Assembly: GCA_052390515.1 (NCBI GenBank)
Contig: JBQTGV010000068.1
Span: 16,760 to 80,759, forward strand
Reading direction: 5' to 3'
Length of the DNA: 64,000 nt
DNA from: Candidatus Eiseniibacteriota bacterium
GTDB taxonomy: Bacteria > ARS69
In this document: piece after piece, positions 19,116 through 27,406 of the stretch
How the letters are laid out: each line of letters opens with the position of its first letter
Position numbering within the stretch: the stretch's first letter is position 1
Translations under genes and position numbers: made by a program
Notes under the pieces: generated by a model
Database searches by the model: none
What the model saw: only the letters and a program-made list of their open reading frames with translations
Told to the model about the DNA's origin: nothing

Positions 19116-20051
19116 TCAGGCCACGGAGCGCTCGAACGTCTCCCGCTGGAACGGCACGCCGCCGTGGCGCTCCTTGAACGTGAACAGACCCTCGTTGACG
19201 ACTCCAGAGATCGACGAGGTGCCGAAGTCGAAGAGCCTGATCCCGCGGCCCGCTGCCCACTCCAACGCCCGCAGCTGCAGCAGGTTCGTGGCGCGAAGGT
19301 GGCGCTGCTCGCGGTCCTGCGCGAGGTAGAACGAGAGCGCCACGCGGTCGTTCAGCGCGAGCGTCCACGAGCCCGCCACGAGTTCGCCCTTCGGCCCGCG
19401 CGCCAGGTGAAGCGCCTGCGCTTCGCCCAGCCGCTGCGCCAGGTCGGCGAGTTCCGCGGCGGAGTGCACGGGCCTGGCGCCGAACGCCGCCCGATCCCGG
19501 GTCAGCAGCGCGTGGAATTCCGCGTACGCCCGCTCCGAATCCACGACGACTCCCTCGCGCTCCGCCTTCCTCGCGGCGCGCCATGCCGGGTTGGTCAGCA
19601 GCTCCGCGGGAGCCTTGCCCGCCAGCGGCGCCGCCTGCGACACTTCGCTGGTCACGATGCCGAAGCCGCAGGCGAGGAGTGCTTCCCGGACGACGCCGCG
19701 CTCGCCGCGCTCGTAGCAAGGAGGCGGCGGCGTGACGCGTATCCGTGAATAGCGGCGCTCCGCGGCGAGCGCCACGATGCGGTCCACGGCGAAGCGGGCC
19801 GAGTTCGCGCCCGCGTCCGCGGGGAGCACGGGACCGCCGTACGACGCGCCGGCTCCGGACCACCACGTCGCGCCGGAGTCGGCCGCGGCCGCAGGCCACA
19901 GGGCCGCGGGTCTGCCCGACTCGCCGAGGACGGCGGCGTGGTCCCAGCGCCAGCGCGCGGCCTCGTGGTAACCCAGGAAGCGGCGCGTGTGGAAGATCGC
20001 TCCGTTCAGCGCGGAGCTGCAGAAGTCGTCCCAGGCGACCGCGTCGATCAC
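19116..20051 (-). CDS. FemAB-like / GNAT-fold acyl(aminoacyl)transferase
   Basis: IFHTRRFLGYH, NPAWRAARKAEREGV, ALSFYLAQDREQRHLRATNLLQLRALEWAAGRGIRLFDFG, FTFKERHGG. GTGA overlap with the upstream formyltransferase. Confidence 0.65.
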   Translation of the reverse strand: MIDAVAWDDFCSSALNGAIFHTRRFLGYHEAARWRWDHAAVLGESGRPAALWPAAAADSGATWWSGAGASYGGPVLPADAGANSARFAVDRIVALAAERRYSRIRVTPPPPCYERGERGVVREALLACGFGIVTSEVSQAAPLAGKAPAELLTNPAWRAARKAEREGVVVDSERAYAEFHALLTRDRAAFGARPVHSAAELADLAQRLGEAQALHLARGPKGELVAGSWTLALNDRVALSFYLAQDREQRHLRATNLLQLRALEWAAGRGIRLFDFGTSSISGVVNEGLFTFKERHGGVPFQRETFERSVA

Positions 20052-20974
20052 GGCTTCGCCTCGTCGAAGCCGCCCGCGCGGCGAAGTTCGTGCGGAAGGC
20101 CGAGCGACGCGCCCGCGGAAGCATCCTCCGCGAACGACGCATCGACGATCTCGACCGCTCCGGAGCCGGCGCCGGCCACGAGGCGAGAGGTCTCGCGCGG
20201 ATCGATCCGGCCGGGGCCGGGGCCGGCGCCCGCGAGTGGAAGGACCTTCCAGACCGTGACGCGCCGGCCGCCGATCGAGGCGAACGCGCCGGGATACGGC
20301 CGGGTCAATCCGCGCACCCAGTTGAATACGGCGCGCGGGCCGAGCCTCCAGTCGATCGCCCCGTCCTCCGGAGTCCGCCGCGGTCCGTAGCTCGCGCCCG
20401 CCTCGCTCTGGCGGACTCGCGGCGCGGTGCCCGCGGCGAGCCCCGGCAAGTGCTCGGCCAGCAACTTCACCGCGGCATCGGCCAGCCGCGCGCGGACCGT
20501 GCCGGCGTCGTCGTGGTCGGTGATGCGGAACGGCCGCTGGCCGACGATGTCGCCCGTGTCCGTACCCTCGTCGAAGTAGAAGAGCGTCGGTCCCGTCTCA
20601 CGCTCGTCCCGGATCAGCGCCCAGTTCACCGGCGCGAAGCCGCGGAGCCGAGGCAGGAGCGATCCGTGGATCCCCAGGCATCCGCGCGGAGGGACGGCGA
20701 GGACCTCCGCGGGAAGGATCCACCTCCATCCGACGGCGAACAGCACGTCCGGGGCGAGCGCGCGAAGCTCCGCGAGCGCCGCTTCGGTGCGGAAGCGCCG
20801 GCCGCGTATCCGCGGAAGCCCCCGCTCCCCCGCGATGCGAACGACGTCGTCCGCCCAGTGCTCGTGCCCGGCCGGATCGAACGTACCCACGCCGACCACG
20901 TCATGGCCGGCGTGCAGCACGATCTCGAGGCACCTCGCGCCGATCTCCTGGCTGCCGAGGAAGACGACCCGCAC
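20048..20974 (-). CDS. Formyltransferase (Fmt/ArnA-N-like)
   Basis: VRVVFLGSQEIG. The catalytic region GCLGIHGSLLPRLRGFAPVNWALI is the HxSLLPxxRG signature. TGPTLFYFDEGTDTGDIV. A C-terminal Fmt_C-like domain is present. GTG 20974 lies 2 nt after the upstream stop. Confidence 0.85.
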   Translation of the reverse strand: MRVVFLGSQEIGARCLEIVLHAGHDVVGVGTFDPAGHEHWADDVVRIAGERGLPRIRGRRFRTEAALAELRALAPDVLFAVGWRWILPAEVLAVPPRGCLGIHGSLLPRLRGFAPVNWALIRDERETGPTLFYFDEGTDTGDIVGQRPFRITDHDDAGTVRARLADAAVKLLAEHLPGLAAGTAPRVRQSEAGASYGPRRTPEDGAIDWRLGPRAVFNWVRGLTRPYPGAFASIGGRRVTVWKVLPLAGAGPGPGRIDPRETSRLVAGAGSGAVEIVDASFAEDASAGASLGLPHELRRAGGFDEAKP

Positions 20975-20976
20975 GT

Positions 20977-21606
20977 TCAGCGGGGACCGCGCGTCCGTGG
21001 ACCGACGATGGACCACTCCGGGTCGATCGCGGCCCAGATCCCGGCGGGCACGCGGATCTCCTCGCCGGTCTCGTCCGAGCGGGCGATCACCTCGTCGCCT
21101 TCGCGGCCGACTTCCTTCACCGGCCGGCCCATCACCGAGACGAAGCCCGCGACCCGCGCCGGGTTCCCGATCACGAGGGCGTGCGGCGGGACGTCCCGCG
21201 TCACCACCGCGCCCGCGCCCACCATGCAGTAGGCCCCGAGCTCGACGCCGCACACGACGGTGACGTTCGCCCCGACGGACGCACCCCGCCGCACGACGGT
21301 GGGCGTGACGTGCCACTCGGGATCGAACGCGCGCGGATACAGGTCGTTCGTGAAGGTCATGTGGGGCCCGAGGAAGACGTCGTCCTCCACGGTGACGCCG
21401 TGGTAGATGGAGACGCCGTTCTGGATCTTCACGCGGTCCCCGATGCGCACGGTGTGGTCGATGTAGACGCTCTTGCCCACGATGCAGTCCCGGCCGATGA
21501 CCGCGTTCTCCCGGATCTGCACGTTGTTCCACACCTTGGTGCCCTCGCCGATCTTCGCCCGTGGATCGACATCGGCGGTCCGATGGACGAACGATTCCGC
21601 GCTCAC
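20977..21606 (-). CDS. Left-handed beta-helix (hexapeptide) N-acetyltransferase, WbpD/WlbB-like
   Basis: Hexapeptide repeats (IGEGTKVWNNVQIRENAVIGRDCIVGKSVYIDHTVRIGDRVKIQNGVSIY). VIGNPARVAGFV. Confidence 0.85.
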   Translation of the reverse strand: MSAESFVHRTADVDPRAKIGEGTKVWNNVQIRENAVIGRDCIVGKSVYIDHTVRIGDRVKIQNGVSIYHGVTVEDDVFLGPHMTFTNDLYPRAFDPEWHVTPTVVRRGASVGANVTVVCGVELGAYCMVGAGAVVTRDVPPHALVIGNPARVAGFVSVMGRPVKEVGREGDEVIARSDETGEEIRVPAGIWAAIDPEWSIVGPRTRGPR

Positions 21607-22613
21607 GACGGCTGCACCTCCACGGACGCCCCTCCGGAACGGATCGAGCGTTCGATCGCCTCCAGCACCTCCAGCACTCCGAGACCGCTGCGCGCGTCGG
21701 TGCGCGGCCGCGTCCGGCGCGTCACGCAGTCCAGGAAGTGCGCGGCCTCGATCTTGAGCGGCTCGCCCACCGGCACCGGCGGGATGCGGATGTCGCCGAC
21801 GCGCTCGGTGATCGCGTCCTGGAAGCTCTCGTAATACTCCCGCGTGTCGATTCCCTTGTCGATGATGCGGATCTTCTCGCTCGGCTCCACGTCGTCGAAG
21901 ACCGCCATGCGGCGGTTCCCCACGACCGTCACCCGGCGCACCTTGTGCGGATCGAGCCAGCTCACGTGCAGGTTCGCCAGGATTCCGCCCTCGAACGTGA
22001 TGGTGGCGAACACGACATCCGGGAGCCCCCGGCGAAGATAGCTGCCGCCCTGCGCGGAGACGGTGAGCGGACGCGCGTCGGTCAGGAAGCGGATGATGGA
22101 GACGTCGTGTGGGGCGAGATCCCAGAGCGCACTCTCCGCCGCGCGCACCTTCCCCAGGTTCACGCGCGTCGTGTAGAGATAGTAGAGGTCACCCAGCTCG
22201 CCGGACCGCACCGTTTCCCGGAACTGCACGAGCCCGGGATGGAACTCCAGCAGATGGCCGACCATCAGGATGCGGCGGCGCGCTTCGGCCGTCTCGGCGA
22301 GCTCCCGGCCCTCCCGGACCGACAGCGCGAGCGGCTTCTCGATGAGCACGTCGATTCCCGCCAGCAGCAGGCGCTTCCCCACCTCGAAGTGCGTCGACGC
22401 TGGGGTGGCCACGACCACCGCGTCGACCCCCGCGTCGAGCAGTTCGTCCACGGTGTGCACCAGCGGCACTCCCGGATGCAGCCGCGACGCGGCCAGGAGC
22501 GCCTCGTCGCGCGTGTCGGCGATCCCGACGACCTCGCAGTCCGGCAGCCCGCGCAGCACGCGAACGAAGTTGGGTCCCCAGTAACCGAATCCGATGACGC
22601 CGGCGCGGATCAA
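21603..22613 (-). CDS. Gfo/Idh/MocA-family sugar-nucleotide oxidoreductase, WbpB-like
   Basis: (M)IRAGVIGFGYWGPNFVRVL Rossmann start, LIEKPLALS, ILMVGHLLEFHP. TTG 22613 has GGGAGG 4 nt upstream. The in-frame alternatives ATG 22637 and GTG 22649 lack an SD. Confidence 0.85.
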   Translation of the reverse strand: MIRAGVIGFGYWGPNFVRVLRGLPDCEVVGIADTRDEALLAASRLHPGVPLVHTVDELLDAGVDAVVVATPASTHFEVGKRLLLAGIDVLIEKPLALSVREGRELAETAEARRRILMVGHLLEFHPGLVQFRETVRSGELGDLYYLYTTRVNLGKVRAAESALWDLAPHDVSIIRFLTDARPLTVSAQGGSYLRRGLPDVVFATITFEGGILANLHVSWLDPHKVRRVTVVGNRRMAVFDDVEPSEKIRIIDKGIDTREYYESFQDAITERVGDIRIPPVPVGEPLKIEAAHFLDCVTRRTRPRTDARSGLGVLEVLEAIERSIRSGGASVEVQPS

Positions 22614-22711
22614 GGGGCCTCCCGGAAGGGGAATCATCAGCCCGAACACCGGCGGCCGGAGTCAGGCGGCATCGATCGTAGGGAGCGGGCGAATCCCCTG
22701 TCAACGCCTCG

Positions 22712-23545
22712 TCAGGGCGCGGTCCCGGCGAGCGCCTGGCCTCGCCACTCGGCGGCGAGATACGCGCGGTCGGGCTTCGGTTCCGAAGCGTCCCGATCGA
22801 GCGCGCCGACCCCCACGAGGTGGTTGGGGAACGCGAAATCCAGCGAGGCGCTCCAGTCCCCCTCCGAGCTCCGCGCGAACGAGACGTGCGCGGCCTTCGA
22901 ACGGTCGATGGCGAGTCCGAGCCAGTGCACCGCGTCGCCCGACTGCGGAAGCTCGGTGTCCCAGGTGATCCGGCCGAGCAGCGCGGGGAAGCGGATCGCA
23001 CCGCCGAGCTGCCAGTGCCGCGAGCCGTCCACCCCGTCCGCGCCGCGCTCGAAGAGCTCGTGCAGGACCGCGGCCAGGCGAACGTGACGCCCGGCGGTCA
23101 GGACGGTGCCGACGTCACCCTCGAACCCGCCGTCCTCCCCTCCGCGCCACTCCAGGCCGGCGCCGAAGTGCGCGGTGCGGCCCACCCGCACGCGGTTCGC
23201 CACCGCGAAGGTCCACGCCGGGACGCCGGGGCGGTCGTCGAGCTCGCGCTGGTATCCGTAAGCGAGCCGGTCGGTCGCCGCAGCGACGCTCAACCCGGTC
23301 ACGTCGGAGGGGACTTTCCACTCCTCCCCGTCCGGCAGCTGCTCGGGAATCTCGTCCAGGAAGAGCTCGACGACCGCGGTGCCCATGCCGGTCAGGCCGA
23401 CCGCCGCCGGGTTGACCCACACGGAGCGTGCGCCTTCCTCCGCGGCCACGGGGCGGAATCCACCCACGAGCCCGGGATGGGCGTGCGCCGTCCCGCCGAA
23501 GGCGATCGCTCCCGAAAGCACCCATCGGATGAAGCGGGGATTCAT
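22712..23545 (-). CDS. Secreted protein, probable outer-membrane beta-barrel, unknown function
   Basis: Signal peptide MNPRFIRWVLSGAIAFGGTAHA. Alternating amphipathic strands with Gly/aromatic ends. ATGA overlap with the upstream agmatinase. Confidence 0.6.
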   Translation of the reverse strand: MNPRFIRWVLSGAIAFGGTAHAHPGLVGGFRPVAAEEGARSVWVNPAAVGLTGMGTAVVELFLDEIPEQLPDGEEWKVPSDVTGLSVAAATDRLAYGYQRELDDRPGVPAWTFAVANRVRVGRTAHFGAGLEWRGGEDGGFEGDVGTVLTAGRHVRLAAVLHELFERGADGVDGSRHWQLGGAIRFPALLGRITWDTELPQSGDAVHWLGLAIDRSKAAHVSFARSSEGDWSASLDFAFPNHLVGVGALDRDASEPKPDRAYLAAEWRGQALAGTAP

Positions 23546-24438
23546 GCCCCCTTCATCGGCAGGTCCGGCAGATAGCTGAGCATCTTGGCAGCCAGGCGCG
23601 CCGCGGCGAACTCCGATACGCGCGAGCCGGCCGCGGGGGCCAGCTCGACGATGTCCATGCCCACGACCCGGCGGCGCTCGAACGCGATCCGGAGCAGCTC
23701 GAGGGCATCCAGCCAGCCCAGCCCTCCCGGCTCCGGGGTACCCGTGGCCGGGATCACCGACGGATCGAGGCCGTCCACGTCGAACGTCACGTAGAGGGGA
23801 TCCCGCAGGGACTCTACGAGCTCGCCGGCAGAGACCCGTCCACGTACCACGTCCCGAGCGGGAAAGAGGCGAACGCGCCGCTCCGCCGCCAGAAACGCGG
23901 CCTCCTCCGCGGACCAGCTTCGCGCCCCGACGATGGTCACCGGCCCGTCCTCGAGCAGCCGGCGCATGACGCACGCGTGCGAGTGGTCGCTGCCCTCGAA
24001 GCGGTCGCGCAGGTCACCGTGGGCGTCGATGGACAGCACGTGCGCGCCTGGATGCGCTTCCCGGACCGCGCGAACCGCTCCGATGGTGACCGAGTGCTCG
24101 CCGCCGAGCACGAACGGCAGCGCGCCCCGCCGCACGATGGGGCGAACCGCGGCGCGGACCAGCTCCGAGTACTCGTGGGGGTCGCGCCCGGCGGGCTGCA
24201 CCGTCGAACCGAGGGCGAAGGACAGGTCCTCGAGGTTCACGCCGGTCTCGTCGTCGTGCGTCTCGACCTGACGGGACGCCTCGAGGATCGCAGCCGGCCC
24301 CGCTGCGGCCCCCGTGCCGTAGGAGACCGTACCCTCGAACGGCGCGCAGACGAAGACCACGCGCGCCTGTTCGGAGTCCGCTCCCGAGCGGCTGGCCACG
24401 CCACCGAAGTTCGCGCGGGCCGATTGCGCCGAGGTCAT
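23542..24438 (-). CDS. speB: Agmatinase / ureohydrolase family
   Basis: Arginase-family Mn-binding motifs GGEHSVTIG, SIDAHGDLRD, VTFDVDGLDPSVIPATGTPEPGG, DIVELAP. SD GGAGGAGAG upstream of ATG 24438. Confidence 0.85.
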   Translation of the reverse strand: MTSAQSARANFGGVASRSGADSEQARVVFVCAPFEGTVSYGTGAAAGPAAILEASRQVETHDDETGVNLEDLSFALGSTVQPAGRDPHEYSELVRAAVRPIVRRGALPFVLGGEHSVTIGAVRAVREAHPGAHVLSIDAHGDLRDRFEGSDHSHACVMRRLLEDGPVTIVGARSWSAEEAAFLAAERRVRLFPARDVVRGRVSAGELVESLRDPLYVTFDVDGLDPSVIPATGTPEPGGLGWLDALELLRIAFERRRVVGMDIVELAPAAGSRVSEFAAARLAAKMLSYLPDLPMKGA

Positions 24439-24494
24439 CTCTCCTCCTTCGCGTCACACGGCAGACATCCTACCCCGTGCGCCGCGACCCCGCT

Positions 24495-25967
24495 ATGATC
24501 CGCCCGATGACCCGAGCGTCCCGTGCCGTCGCGTGGCTCCTGGTGCTCGTCGCCGCGACGGACGCGGCGCTGTTCGCGATGCGTGCCGCGTCGCTGGTGG
24601 AGGACGGCGAACTCGCCGCGACGACCGGGATCGAGGAGCCGTCCATCGCCGCGGTGTGGCGCGCGCGGCAGGGGTTCCCGGTCTACGCACCCGCGGAGGG
24701 GGCCGCGAGCGTCCCCCTCTACAACTGGCTCTTCTACCGGGTCTTCGCCGCCGCTGCGTCCACCGCGCCCGACGAGCCGGCGAGCATCCTGCTCCTCGGG
24801 CGATGGCTGGACGCACTCTTCCTCGCCGCCGGCGCCCTCGTCCATCACGCGCTCCTCCGCCGCGTCCTGGCCTCGTCGGGATGTGCGCTCCCGGCCGCCG
24901 CCACCGCGGCGCTGGTGATCGTCACGTGGTTCGGGTCGGGCCTGGTGCGCTGGTACGCGCTGACCGTCCGTCCCGACGGAGCGGCCGCGGCCCTGGCCAC
25001 GGCAGGATTCCTGCTGTTCGGCGCCGCTCCGGGCCGAACGAAGGCGCTCGTCCTCGCCTCGCTCCTGTTCTACGCGGCCTGGTCGTTCAAGCAGACCTCG
25101 GTCCTGCTGCTCGGGGGATGCGTGCTGCACGTGTTGCTCGAACGAAGGCCGCTCGCGCTCCTTCCCCTCCTCGGGCCCTTCGCCCTGCTCGCCTCCGCCA
25201 CCCACCTCGTGCTGGGTGCGGACTACGCGAGGTGCACGCTGCTCGCGCCGTCACTCTCGCCCGCCGACCCCGGCCATGCACTCGTCGTCGCCGCGCGGGC
25301 GTTGGCGCCCGGCGTGCCCTTCTGGCTCGTGCCGCTCGCCGACGTGATCCGCACGCGCGGCGAGCCGTGCAGCGTCGAGCTCCGCCTGCTGCGCCGCTCG
25401 GCGGCCTTCGCCCTCGGCGGCTCGATGCTGCTCTCCCTCAAGCAGGGATCGTACGTCTACTACTACTGGGAGGCGTTCGTGGTCCTCTCCATGCTCTTCG
25501 CGGTGGCGGTGGCGCGCGGTTCGGCCGGACGGGCCGGCATCGTGGGGGCGGCGGTGCTGCTCGCCGTCTCCGTGGCGCAGCTCGCGGCGCCGGGACGGTG
25601 GTCTCGCGTGGACCTGCTCTCCGACGACGCCGCCCGCGAGCGCCGAGAGCGCATCGAGTTCGCCGCGACGTTGCCCGCCCCGTTCTTCTCCGAGGACCGG
25701 CTGCTGGCACTGCCCTGGTACGCTCCCGGCGGCGACGTCCACGTGATCGATCCCGTGCTGTACCGCGCGCCGGGCGTCGCCTCGCTCGTGGGCGAAGGTA
25801 TCGCCGGCCGGATCCGCCAAGGGTCCTTCGCCACCGTCCTGGTCACCCCTCGCGACCGCTTCGGCCTGTCCGAGGCGGCGCGTGCCGGCGGCCTGGTCGA
25901 AGCGCCCGTCCCGCGCTGCCTCGAGGGTTTTCGCCTCTGGGTGCGACCGGAGGGCGGCGGCGGCTGA
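24495..25967 (+). CDS. Polytopic membrane protein, GT-C (ArnT/PMT-like) glycosyltransferase fold suspected
   Basis: At least 10 hydrophobic helices, with a soluble C-terminal domain ending CLEGFRLWVRPEGGGG. ATG at 24495; alternative GTG at 24477. The family assignment is tentative. Confidence 0.6.
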   Translation: MIRPMTRASRAVAWLLVLVAATDAALFAMRAASLVEDGELAATTGIEEPSIAAVWRARQGFPVYAPAEGAASVPLYNWLFYRVFAAAASTAPDEPASILLLGRWLDALFLAAGALVHHALLRRVLASSGCALPAAATAALVIVTWFGSGLVRWYALTVRPDGAAAALATAGFLLFGAAPGRTKALVLASLLFYAAWSFKQTSVLLLGGCVLHVLLERRPLALLPLLGPFALLASATHLVLGADYARCTLLAPSLSPADPGHALVVAARALAPGVPFWLVPLADVIRTRGEPCSVELRLLRRSAAFALGGSMLLSLKQGSYVYYYWEAFVVLSMLFAVAVARGSAGRAGIVGAAVLLAVSVAQLAAPGRWSRVDLLSDDAARERRERIEFAATLPAPFFSEDRLLALPWYAPGGDVHVIDPVLYRAPGVASLVGEGIAGRIRQGSFATVLVTPRDRFGLSEAARAGGLVEAPVPRCLEGFRLWVRPEGGGG

Positions 25968-27403
25968 CGTGCCGGCGCGGCCGGCAGACTCCACACCGCG
26001 ACTCCCGCGCTCCCGTCCGCATCGGGCAGCAGCCGGGCTCCCGACGCCTCGAGAAAGCGCACGAGCGGCTCCGGCCTGCAGCGAAGGGAGCTTCCCGCCA
26101 CGGCGAGAAACGCCGCGCGGTCGGGGTCGAGCCGCTCGGGGAAGGACCAGCGGTTCCGGAACTCGACGCGCACCGGGGTCCTCTCGCCCCAGACCGCGTG
26201 GATGCGTTTGCGCGCTTCGGTATCGCAGAGGATCACCGCGCCCTCCGGCGTGACCGCGTGGAGCAGCCGCACCTCCGCGTCGACGCCGCGCAGAAGCGCG
26301 TCATGGCCCGCGTGGACCACCGCGCAGGCGGCCAGCGCGACGGCGCCCACGCCGCCGGCGAGGAGTCTCACGGGCACGCGCCGCGTCCAGCGGTCGAGCA
26401 TCTCGACGTAGGCCAGAAGGAACATCGGCAGCACCGGCACCAGGAAGCGCAGGCCCACCACCGCGCTGGCCGGCCACCCGCCGGCCGTGTCGCGGTAGTA
26501 GTACAGGCAGAAGAAGAGCGTCGTCCCCAGCGTGACCGTGCGCACGAACCAGCGGTCCCGGCCGCGGTAGAAGAGCACGCCCAGCAGCATCAGCGGGAAC
26601 ACGGCCAGCAGCGCCGATCCGTAGTGCACCGCTCCCGGCACGAGCTCGTGCAGCCCGAACTGCCCTTCCATGCCGATGTCGGCGCGGTCGTCGCGGTAGC
26701 CGGACGTCCCGCGCCACCACCGTCCGAACGCGACGTGCTGGTACACCGCCAGGGCGACACCGCCGGGCACGAGCCCGGCGAGAAGCGTCGCGAGGCGCCC
26801 GGCGGGGACACGGCGGCGCGCACACTCCAGGGCCGCGGCGAGCACGAACAGCGCCGCGAGCACCACGTGCGTCGTCCGTACGAGGCACGACGCACCGAGC
26901 CACGCGCCGGCCAGCAGGGCGCCGCGGCGCGTGTCGCGGCGCCAGGCGGCCCACGCCAGCAGGAACAACACGCCGGCGGCGACGTCGCTCATGAGGGTCC
27001 GCGCGTAGTAGACGAGAGTCGGGTGCGCCAGGTACAGCAACGAGCCCCACGCGGGGAGCTTCGCCTCTCGCAGGATCCGGGCGAACACCAGGAATCCGAC
27101 GAGATGCAGCAGCGCGTTCGCCGCGAACGTGGCGCGCCACTCGGGCGCCGCCAGCGGCGCGAGCAGGAGCGGCCAGAGCGGGGCGAACTTGCTGACCTCG
27201 TGCCCGCCCGGGCTCTCGACGCGGCTGATCGGGTCGACGCCGGCGACGTCGCTGTAGATGGTCCCCGCGCGGTAGACGAACGCCGTCGAGAGGTACGTCG
27301 ACTCGTCGATGACGGCGAAGGTGCGCGGCCAGGCGAGAACGAAGAGCACGGCCCAGACGACTGCCGCCGCCATTTCGAGCCGCACGCCGGAAGGGCGATC
27401 CAC
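25463..27403 (-). CDS. Polytopic membrane protein, GT-C (ArnT/PMT-like) fold suspected, with a long low-complexity tail overlapping the convergent gene
   Basis: N-terminal loop FAVIDESTYLSTAFVY, many TM helices, then a soluble domain ending GVAVWSLPAAP near 25970. There is no stop codon until 25463, so the last ~168 codons run antisense to gene 24495-25967. Confidence 0.6.
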   Translation of the reverse strand: MDRPSGVRLEMAAAVVWAVLFVLAWPRTFAVIDESTYLSTAFVYRAGTIYSDVAGVDPISRVESPGGHEVSKFAPLWPLLLAPLAAPEWRATFAANALLHLVGFLVFARILREAKLPAWGSLLYLAHPTLVYYARTLMSDVAAGVLFLLAWAAWRRDTRRGALLAGAWLGASCLVRTTHVVLAALFVLAAALECARRRVPAGRLATLLAGLVPGGVALAVYQHVAFGRWWRGTSGYRDDRADIGMEGQFGLHELVPGAVHYGSALLAVFPLMLLGVLFYRGRDRWFVRTVTLGTTLFFCLYYYRDTAGGWPASAVVGLRFLVPVLPMFLLAYVEMLDRWTRRVPVRLLAGGVGAVALAACAVVHAGHDALLRGVDAEVRLLHAVTPEGAVILCDTEARKRIHAVWGERTPVRVEFRNRWSFPERLDPDRAAFLAVAGSSLRCRPEPLVRFLEASGARLLPDADGSAGVAVWSLPAAPARQPPPPSGRTQRRKPSRQRGTGASTRPPARAASDRPKRSRGVTRTVAKDPWRIRPAIPSPTSEATPGARYSTGSITWTSPPGAYQGSASSRSSEKNGAGNVAANSMRSRRSRAASSESRSTRDHRPGAASCATETASSTAAPTMPARPAEPRATATAKSMERTTNASQ

Positions 27404-27406
27404 GCG

